In this document: piece after piece, positions 54,846-64,000 of the stretch
Position numbering within the stretch: the first letter of the stretch is position 1
Layout of the letters: the number at the start of each line of letters is the position of its first letter
Assembly (NCBI GenBank): GCA_028534125.1
Contig: CM052834.1
Coordinates: forward strand, 620,001-684,000
Reading direction: 5' to 3'
From: Lama glama
Lineage: Eukaryota
Length of the DNA: 64,000 nt
Notes under the pieces: generated by a model
Database searches by the model: none
Seen by the model: only the letters and a program-made list of their open reading frames with translations
Told to the model about the DNA's origin: nothing
Program-made: the position numbers and the translations under genes

Positions 54846-56521
54846 CTGGCCCCCTACCCACCAGCCAGTTCTGCCTCCTTTCCTGACCTGCCCTTCACCC
54901 CCATCACCGAGAGGCCAAAAGCCCACCCTTGATGGTCCCAGCTGAGCACAGGCCCAGGGCTCCCTCCCTCTGGTGGGTGCATCACACCGTGCCAGGCCTG
55001 TGCTGTGCACGGCGGCCAACAGAGCTCACGATTCACACTCACTTCCTCTCTTTTTTGGCCCCGTCTCCCCTTCACCGTTTTCTGTTGCTCAGGACAATCC
55101 TGACCCGGGTCAGACCTCCCCAAGGAGGCCCTGCAGGGGCACAGCACACCCTGGAGGACGCGGGGCCCATGGAGGGGCGTCTTGAGCAGGAGCCGTACCC
55201 CTTCCCCAGGCTCTCAGCCTCGCCCCCCTCCAGCAGGAAGGAAATTGCTGCCTTAAATTTCCAGGCTGGCTGCACTCACGGCGTTTATGGGCAGTGAGTC
55301 ACTTCAGCTCCCCACCGCACAGGGCCTCCTCTGCCCCATAACTTCACGAGCGTGTTCATGGGCAGCTGTCAGAATGTCGATCTGTCTGCCGGCTTCTGCG
55401 CCAAGTCCATCAACACTGATCACTCTCCCGGCTCTGCCTGCTGGACGTCCGGGACTCGGGGCCCCGGTCAGGATGTGCACCCCGGGTCTCTTGTCTCACG
55501 TCTTCTGTCGAGACATTCCAGCAGCACCGCAGGGTTGCTCCAGAGCCCGTGCCCCTGGCAAAGGCCAGGAGGCTGTGCCCCGTCCTGCGTGGGCCAGCTC
55601 CGACAGGACCACGTTTACGGGGGCGGCCCGCAGTCGAGGTCTGGGGTGGGCAAGGGCCGAGCCCACATTCTAGGAAGACGCTGGGGAGGATTCGTTCAGA
55701 AGAGGTGGGTCAGGGGACCTTGTCATCATCTTCAAACACGGGAGGAGGGTGCTGCCTACCGAGGTCGTCCTGCAAGGAACAGGCCCCAGAGGAGGAGGAG
55801 GGGTGGAGGGCGAAGATTCTGCCCTCACGTAAGGAACCACCCCAGGCCGGCCTGGCTGCCCTCGGAGACAAGGGTGCTCATTGCTGGAGGCCTTCAAGCA
55901 CTTGCGGGATCAGAGAGCTGATTCCAAAGATTCCTTTCCTGACTGTCCGTGGGGGAGGGGCCCTGGGGCCCTGTTCCCTCAGCACCCCGTTGTGTCTCAT
56001 CCTCACGGCTGCCCTGCCCGTCAGCCTGTCCCCCAGGCGCCCCCGGCCTGCAATCTGGTCTCACTCTTTCCGGAGCCTCCGTGCCCATTTCCCTCCCATG
56101 CCCTTGGGTCAGCCCTGGCCTCTAGGACGGCCCGCGTGGCCAGTCTGGCCTCATGCGCTCCACGGAGGCCCGCCTGGTGCAGGGCCTGCCGGGGGCTGTG
56201 AGGTCGGCCCTGCTGGGAGCCCGGCCTCCCCAGGACCCCTGCCCTCCAGTCTGGCCCTCGTGGAGCTCTTCCTCCAGACCCGCAGCTCGGCGTCCAGTTC
56301 ACACGGTGCTTTTCTGTGTGCGCCACGTGGACCGACCTCCTGAATCTGCACCACCACCCAGGGAGGTGGCCGGGCCCAGTGTGCAGGCCGCCTGCAGGCA
56401 AGGCAGCTGCCCTGGGAGGGAGCAGGGCCGGGGGAAGACCAGGGCCCGCACTGTGGCTCTGGAGGGATGGAGAGTGAGGCTCTCCCCGCCCGGCCGCCAG
56501 GCCTGCCGCGCACTCCGCTCC

Positions 56522-56558
56522 CCTGTCCGGTCCTGTCCGGTCCTGTCCGGTCCTGTCC
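56522..56558. repeat. (CCTGTCCGGT) tandem repeat, about 3.7 copies
   Basis: Direct reading. Confidence 0.9.
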
Positions 56559-58019
56559 ACCGAAGCTTCAGGGGGCAGGGTGCCGTCTGTGGTGCTGTCC
56601 GACTCCCGGGGAAACGGCGGGAGCCCGCAGGGTTGGGAGCAGACTTGCACCTTCCGCTGGGGTGAGGGACGGGAGGCGCCCCCCACACACCCGCTGGCCT
56701 CGCCTCAGAGCGGGGCGTGTGCACATCCTTGGGGGGCCGGGCAGCCCGCCTCGTCCACTCACAGTCTCCCCAGAGCCGGCCTTCTCGAGGCCCTTCCTCG
56801 TCATGGGCTGGCTCGGGGAAGGCCTGCGGCGGGTGACCGAGCAGAGGAGAACCCAACCCAGACATGCTCACAGGGAGAGCAGGGGGACTGAATGCCGGCT
56901 GGTGCCTCTCCGTCCACTGAGCGGCCCTGCCCTCGGTCCTTCCTCTCAGGACTGAGCTGGAATCGAAGGCATCGCCCCTGACGTCTACTCCCTTTCTCCG
57001 GACTCTTGGAACTCTCCTGTAGCTTCTCAGGAGACGTGAGGCTGACTGCTCCTCCTTTAGGAGAGAGAAATGCTTTGAAACCTGGAGAACAGGGGCCACG
57101 TGGACAACAACAGAGGCCCGGAGGCGCCGGCAGGACGCGGATGCCCACGCTCATAAATGACCTCAAAGGGAGGCCGGCCTTGGGGTCAGCTGGGCCTTGC
57201 TGCCTGGGGCCCAGCGCTGCCCTGGTCACTGTTCCTGCCTGAGTCCTGGGTCCTGTGAGGCCCATGCTGAGGGCTCAGTGGCCCAGGAAACCCAAATGGA
57301 GCTTCCGGTTTCAGGCTGGAGTCCTGGGCGCGGGAGGTGGGACATGAGGCAGGCTTTTCACCGAGGAAGGGGCGTGCTGGCGGTGCGGTCTGCACCCGGA
57401 GCAGGTGCAGGTGGGGCTGCACCGTGGCAGGGCCGTGGGCAAATTCAGGCAGCTCCGTTCCTTCTGCGGCTTGCGTTGTAGGAGAAATTCTTCTCTGATG
57501 GTTCCCTAAAAAGGTGTGAGGACACGGCGTCCACTTGGTCTGCGGAAGCAGGAAGATTTAGTCCAGCAGCGCCGTAGGAGAGCGAGCATCCTGTCAGAAG
57601 GACCCAGCGCAGAGTCGCAGTCTGGGCGGTGAGGAAGGAGCGTTGGGGGAGGGAGGCGGCAGAGGGTGCGCACTGGAGCTGGGGGGTACGCCAGGGGAGG
57701 GGAGAGCCTCTGGGGCGGCTTCCTGCGCGGAGCTGCTATGGCTCATGCTTTGAAGGCAGAGATGACGATGTTATCAGGGTGCTGGCTCCGGGAGGGAGCA
57801 GGCCATGCTGGGAGAGGCCGCCCAGAGCTCTCACGGAGAGGACACTTCCTCCTTTCGGCCCCCCGCTGCCCAGCCGAGAGGCAGAGAGCCGCTTCCCTCC
57901 CTGGCCCAGGCCCCCATCACTCTGGAGCACAGGACTCAAGTAGAAAGACGGGGCGGCGGGGCTCCGGGGCTCCGGGCGGTCAGGTGCTCGGGGGGCTACA
58001 GAAAGCCGGGTGGTCTGAG

Positions 58020-58450
58020 CACCACTTTAACAGGTCAGGGAACTGAGGCCCAGAGGGGACGGGTTTGTACGCGGTCTCTGCGTGCGTCCCCAGACTTCCC
58101 TGCCAGGGTCCCCTTCCCCTCCACTCCCTCTTCCTACCACCAGGGACGTCAGGGCACGTCCTCCCTGCCTGACAGAAGAGGGGGTCTTTCGTGGCCGGAC
58201 GGGCCGGGCGTGGGGCCCGGCGAAGCCCCCTGTTGGCTGTCTGGTCTTGGGGATATTATCTGGACCTCATCTTTCTCATCTAAAAAAAGGGAGAGAACAA
58301 CGCTAACCCTGGAAGGCTGCGTGAGGATTAAAGGTAACGGGCGAGAGGAGGGGCTTAGTGGGTGGGCCAGCGCTCGCTCTCTGCGTGGGGACGCCTGGAC
58401 ACTGCTCGCTTTTACTGGGGATGAGGAAGCAAACACAGGCCCAAGAGAGG
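58020..58450. mobile_element. MIR fragments in mixed orientation
   Basis: GGAACTGAGGCCCAGAG; TTTCTCATCTAAAAAAAGGG...GTGAGGATTAAA. Confidence 0.6.
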
Positions 58451-59028
58451 CCTCCGGGTCACGTGCTTTGCATCTGAAAGGTCACCAGAGCTCTGACTGA
58501 AGACATATGTGTCCTTGGGCTGGTCCCCGAGGACGCCGCGGTCACCACGGTCCCTAGGGGACCATCAGTTCCAAGGGCTTCATCTCGGTTGTCAGCCCGT
58601 TCATGAATACTCCTGAAGTGCCTACTGCGCGCTCACAGTAACCCACCCTGACAGGGCCCGGGCCCTGGGAGAGCTCGACAGCCGTGAGAAGATGCCCGGG
58701 GAAGCCTTCAGCTGTGGCTCTCCACAGAAGGGAGATCCAAGCGCGGCTGGGGACGGGCAGCTCCAACCGGCCTTCAGTGCCCCTCTAACTCTCCCTTCTG
58801 ACCCTAAACCAGAGCAAGTGCATGCCTGTGTTCGGGCCTCTCACCCTGCCTCTGCCGCCTGGAGCCCGCACCGGGCACCGTGGCGGTCCACTGCGGACCC
58901 GGTCAGGGTGCGCTCACGTGGGCGGGGGCCCTGTAAGGATGGCGCCGCCACAGGTGTCTGTCGCTTGTTTAGAAAGAATTTTTGCATCTACGAGCCAGCA
59001 GCACTCGGAGAGGGGTCTGAGGGGACTC

Positions 59029-59522
59029 CATTCCAGCTTGGTTATAATACTCGACAATCGGGTTAGTCTAATCAGAAATGCCATCCCCACCGGTGCCAGA
59101 GCGACAGGCCACCTCCACCAGGGGCGAGGCTTCCTGGCCGGAGGAAGTCTTGGTCACCAGCAAGTCCCTTCAGTCTCACTGATCTGATTAAACTCAGCAA
59201 CGGAAAGAGGAATTTACAAAGTAGATGCTGTTCCCTATTTATTACCAAAATGGTTGCTTTCCACTCCACCCGCGAGATACAGTGGCAACCTCATTAAGTC
59301 TCAGCTTGCGATAACATTTACTCCATAAATCTCCATCTCTGCCCGTGGGGGAAGTGAGCCTTACGCCAAAAACCACACAGTGGACGAAATCAAGCCCCCG
59401 CCCCTTGAAGGGGGTTGAACTTCTCAAGCCTTAAATGGATTCAGCTTTCCGGCCCTAAAGGAACAGCTGGGAACACCTTCTGGGGACTCTCTTAACCCCG
59501 TCCCGACTGCCATGATCAGCTG
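59029..59522. promoter_or_regulatory. Candidate intronic muscle enhancer
   Basis: Perfect CArG CCTTAAATGG 59429-59438, MCAT CATTCCA 59029, MEF2-like CTATTTATTA 59235, E-boxes CAGCTG 59464 and 59517, in an AT-rich island with no recognisable repeat. Confidence 0.4.
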
Positions 59523-61011
59523 TTAGCTGGCCTCACTGAGAGAGAAACGAAACAAGGATATTTCCGACGCTCCTCTGGGTGGACTTGAAGGAGAAAGGGG
59601 AGGCGGGGTGAGCACGTGAAGAAAAACACCGAGGAACAGTCTGATCTCTCTCTGAAGCCAGACAGAAACGCCGACAGACAAGAAACGGAAGATGAAAAAT
59701 TGCTCTGTGTGTCTGACTCGCTGGGCACCCTCTGCGGGCACAGAGCTAGCCCTCCCTGGTTTCAGCCTGACACTGGGACGCGGCAGGGCCAGGTCATCTC
59801 TTCCCAATGGCAGGGTTCCCGACTTCCGGCCGAGACCCCACTTTCTCCCTTAATTTCTACCCTCTTTCCAACCAATGTTCATTGACTGCCTCTCTGCCAG
59901 GCCCTGTGAAAGTGGTGCAATACAAACCCCTCCCTCCCCAGGGTACAGCCCAGCAGCTGGGGAAGATGGATAAATAGATACCACGGATCAGGGACAGAAG
60001 CAGCACCGTGCAGGCGTGGAATCGGTATTCTGGGAGCAAACAGGAGGGTGTGAGTAGAGGAGGCGGGCGGGGAGCAGGGAGAGGGGACACGGGGAGGGGC
60101 CTGAGGGGGTCTCGCAGCAGCAGCGGTTCTAAGGCAGATGGTGGAGCCAAGCTTCCCGGGGGTGGGTGCAGAGTGGACATAGGTGCCAGGAGGGTCTTTG
60201 GAGGAACCAGCTGGCTTCCAGGGCTCAGAGAATCCTGCAGAGGACCCAGTGTGGATTCCAGGAGTCTGGGGACGGCAGGGTTCTAGAATCAACTTAACGC
60301 CTCTGGGACCCGACAGGTGGGAAGGAGCCCGGTTTGGTCTAGACTCCCAGGGCTAAAGCGAACGCAGGTCAACCTCGGACTCTAGAAACAAAGCACAGAG
60401 AGGAAGGGGTCTTTGTCACTGTCTGTCCGACGACCCCTCCCTTTACAGATGAGGAGACAGGCAAACTGCCAGCCGGTCAGCGAGCAGGGCCTGGAGGTCA
60501 AGCAGCCTGCTGCCGGTGGGCTCCCACGAGCTGTCGGCCTCCTGTCGGCAGGGAGGACGGGCTCCCTCCAGCGCCTGCTGCCATGGGCGCAACCCCTCCC
60601 AGCCCGGGCAGGACCTGGGAATTAACAGAGTCAGTCCTTTGAGGGGCTGTGGAAATGATACTGAGTGGGAGTGACTTTACACCACCTAAGGGGCTCCGGA
60701 AGAAGCTCTTCAATCCCTGCTGGGGCTTGGGGTCCCCTTGGTGGGAGCCCGGGTCCTCTCCTGCTGGCCAGCAGCTGTCCGTCAGCTCCCCTGTGATGCA
60801 GAACGGCCGGGACCCTCCAGCGCTGGCCTTGCTTCTCTCACCAAGAAGAGGCTGTCCCCCCAGGTGACGGCACCGGCCTTTGCTCTGCCTCTGCCGGGCA
60901 GGGCGGACGTCAGGCCAGGCTTCTAGTCAGAGCTGGACCCGCTGATGGAAGCAGCGAGCTCCAGCTCCTAGCGTCCCTGCCAAGAAAGGTGCCCTCAGTG
61001 TCTCCTTGCCC

Positions 61012-61132
61012 ATGTGCGTGGTGTGGGTGCGTGTGCACGGCGGGGCTCAGTATCTCCTTGCCCGTGTGTACGGTGTGGGTGCGTGTGAGCACAGTATGTG
61101 TGAGTGCGCAGTATGTGCATGTGTGTGTGTAC
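61012..61132. repeat. Degenerate (TG)-rich simple repeat
   Basis: Direct reading. Confidence 0.75.
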
Positions 61133-61672
61133 GTGGCGTTATTTGCAGAAGATTTTTTTGACATAGTAACTGGCCTGACGTTGGGCACTATGGCCATGTC
61201 TCATGAGTCGCTGAAATGACATATTGCTGTTGGACGGGCAGATCTGAAGCCTGGAATTGGGAAGCTAAACAGGCTCCTCCCTCGCAGACAGCCGTCCAGC
61301 ACGTGATCAGGGCTTCCGGCCTCTTCGGCAAGCTGTGGCCTTTACCTCAGTCCCAGACAGAGGCACAGACAGGCCCCAGGGCACTTCTGATCTCTGTTGA
61401 ACAGCCTCTGGCCTGAGTTTCTGTTTTCCCTGGCCCTCTGATCTTGGGGTGAGCTGTGCTCCTACACGAGGTGAGCGCTGAAGCCCTCTGACTAGGACTT
61501 AGGGGTGTTAGTCAAAACCAGCATCACGCGTGGCAGACCCCTTTTAGAATGTGAATTTAGGGAACATCAAAGAGTCCTCCGTCCAGATGTGTAAAGATAC
61601 CTTAATATCCTTACTTTTTGTAAGAAAAAAAAACCACCTAGCCCTGAAGAACCTTACCGAAATTCAAATGCA

Positions 61673-61800
61673 GGGGGAGGTGTAGCTCAGGGGTACAGCA
61701 CACGCTTAGCATGCACAAGGTCCTGGGTTCAATCCCCAGTACCTCCTCTAAAAATAAATAAATGAATAAACCTAGTTACCTCCCCCCACCAAAAAAACAA
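61673..61800 (+). mobile_element. tRNA-derived SINE, camelid Vic-1-like
   Basis: A box TAGCTCAG-GG, B box GGTTCAATCC, body AAATAAATAAA-CCTAGTTACCTCCCC, A tail; probable target-site duplication CAAATG(C/T)A. Confidence 0.85.
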
Positions 61801-64000
61801 CCAAATGTATATTTTTGGAAAGGACACCCCTTTAAATGTCTTCATCAAAGCCCCGTCTGGTGAATTTCCCTGCAGGTCTCTTTGCCGGGGGTAATTTGGT
61901 CAGTCTGAGGAACTAATATGAATTAAGTCTGAACTGCAAAAATGTACATTTTTAAGAGTAAAGAGCTTCCTCCTTTGTCCTGGGCTCTACCTCCTTCATC
62001 CTTGACGGCCCTCGTGGGAGGCTGCCCAGCAGGGACTGAGTTCTGAGCAGAGTCTTCGGTGCAAACACGGTTTTCTTGCTCGTCCTCTCCTGTGGGGAGG
62101 GGTATGTCGACGCCACCCCTTGCATGGATCCAAACGAGCTGGGGGCAGGAGGGAAGTTTACGGCCTTTTCTGCGAAGTCCAAGCAGAGGCTTGAAGTCAG
62201 GTGTTTGGAAGTGGACAAAACTGCTTGTCCTGCCCTGGGAGGGCCCGCCGGGTTTGGGCCGTGCTGTCTCTGAGCACATTCTGTGATGTGTCCCGAGACA
62301 GTGCAGAAGCCGCGCAGATTTCTAGGAGGAAGGGGATGCACACGCCCGAGAGCAGGAAGAAAGCCTGCCCTTGCCCGTCTTACAGGAGACAGCCCGCGCA
62401 GTCAGCCCCCCAGCGCTCAGGGAGGGTGGCAGGCCGGGCCGCGGGGTTCTGCACACAGGCTGGGAGGCGCTCAGTGACCCTGGGGTGGCAGGATTCGATG
62501 GAGCCATGCGCTTAGCTAAGGAAGGAATGCAGGGCCCGCACAGGGCCACGGCCCGGCTAGGACAGGAGCGGCCCCAACGCGGCAGCCTCCCCTCGCCAGG
62601 CCCCTCTTCTCTCGCCTCTGTCCAGCCTAACACTGTCACTGTCCTCCTGTTCTGGGGAGCCCCCCAGCTCCCCAAGGGGCCACCCTGCCCTCGGGAGCCC
62701 CATCTGCTGCTGCTGACCCGGCCCCAGTCCTGCCCACTGACCACGAGGCTCAGACGCAAAGCGGCCACAGTGATGACCAGTCCGGGGCTCACGGCAGGTA
62801 CGATGCTTATTTAAGAGGACGGACTCTTCCCTCCTCTGCGGGAGGGGGAGCCTCCTCTGGGAACAGCGCTGCCACCGCAGAGGCGCAAGGGCGTCCGTCT
62901 GGCGCAGGGGCCCTGAGGGACGGGCCGTGCAGCCTGCGTTTGGGGTTTTCTCAGCTCTTCTCTCTCATCAACCACCGGATCATAAGGGCAGGGACTGAAT
63001 GAGGAGGAGCAGCCGGGATTCTACACGTGTACCTTTTAGGGTAAAGGGACAGCTTGTCGGTGTTTATGGCCCCGGAGGGGAGGCAGCGGGGGCAGAGGGC
63101 TCCCGCTGCCGAGCTCCAGGGGGAGTCACTTGGGGGCAGGCTCTGCGCAACCCAAGGTCTGGAGCAGCCGAGGCTGCTTATCCCCCAGACCCCTTTGTGG
63201 ACGCCGGCCTCAGGGCAGGGCTGTCTTCCCATCCGCTCCCCTGTGCCTCCCCCTTCAGGCCGTGGCAGCCCCCGAGCCCCTGGTCTCTCTGCTTCCAGCA
63301 CCCTCCACCCCCTTCCTCAACTAACCATCCAGAGAGGGAGCCCTGTGGCCTTCTGACATGAACCTGGCCCTCTGCTCAGATCTCTTCGGTGGCTCCTCTG
63401 AACCCACAGGATACAGTCCACGTTTGAGGCTGTTTGGGACCAGGTCTCAGCCTCCCCTGCTGGCTTGACACTCGGCCTCTTCCCTGCACCCTAATCTGCA
63501 GTCCCTTCTCCCCACCCACCCCCCTTGCTTGTTCTAACTTCACACCGCAGCTTCTCAGCATCAAGGTCCTCTCTTCTCCTGTGGCCTCAAGAGCTGCTGC
63601 CAGTCTGGGCGACAGAGACGAGGGGTGTGTCCCCCTCTTGGCACTTAGACTGTGTCCCCACCCCAGGAGCTCTGGGACAAGAGATCTGGCCAGTGGCAGG
63701 CGGACAGGCGAGGTCCACACTCCCTGCCCGGCCTCCTGCCCTCCCGTGGGCCCCCTGCGCCCTCCCCGTCCCTCCTCGGCTGCCCAGATGCAGGGACCTC
63801 TGAGGCCCTGGGGGAGGGAACTCCCTCCTGCCAACACCCGGCCCACAGAAAGCCAGGAGCGAGGAGCCTCCTCACCTTGCCGAGCGCTGAGACGTCCTCA
63901 TTACAACAGTCAGCCCACCTGGCCGACGCGGCCACCCCAGGCAGGTCCCCGAGGCAGGACCCCCGGGCAGGCCCCCCAGGCAGGCCGTCTACACCCTAAG

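Noticed and set aside
56522-56558. Repeat array as a CRISPR-like or coding repeat
   Set aside because: Short tandem 10-mer with no spacers in a mammalian intron
61673-61750. tRNA-like sequence
   Set aside because: It is the head of a SINE: followed by the SINE body and A tail, with two other copies in the window

Overview
Mammalian genomic DNA, very GC/CpG-rich, lying entirely inside one minus-strand gene: CACNA1C (Cav1.2 L-type calcium channel alpha-1C). I resolved exons 10-30 (human numbering) at base level, running from the I-II linker through domains II and III to IVS2. Exon lengths match the human exons as I recall them. They include the mutually exclusive pair 21/22 and a U12-type (minor spliceosome) intron between exons 15 and 16. 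Exons 28 and 29 lie mostly in two N gaps. Introns carry tRNA-derived SINEs resembling the camelid Vic-1 family (organism probably alpaca or camel, inferred), L1 fragments, MIR, L2, MLT1, Tigger2-like, MER33 and MER5 elements. Most interesting signals: (1) a candidate in-frame 21-nt microexon in intron 25 encoding HHLHPHH in the extracellular domain III loop; (2) a Tyr->His change in the conserved domain II pore helix; (3) a pervasive AT->GC shift in repeats, codons and amino acids, consistent with GC-biased gene conversion, which exons 21/22 escape; (4) a second in-frame 24-nt microexon candidate and a CArG/MCAT/E-box enhancer candidate. Comparisons with human protein and repeat consensus sequences are from memory, not from searches.
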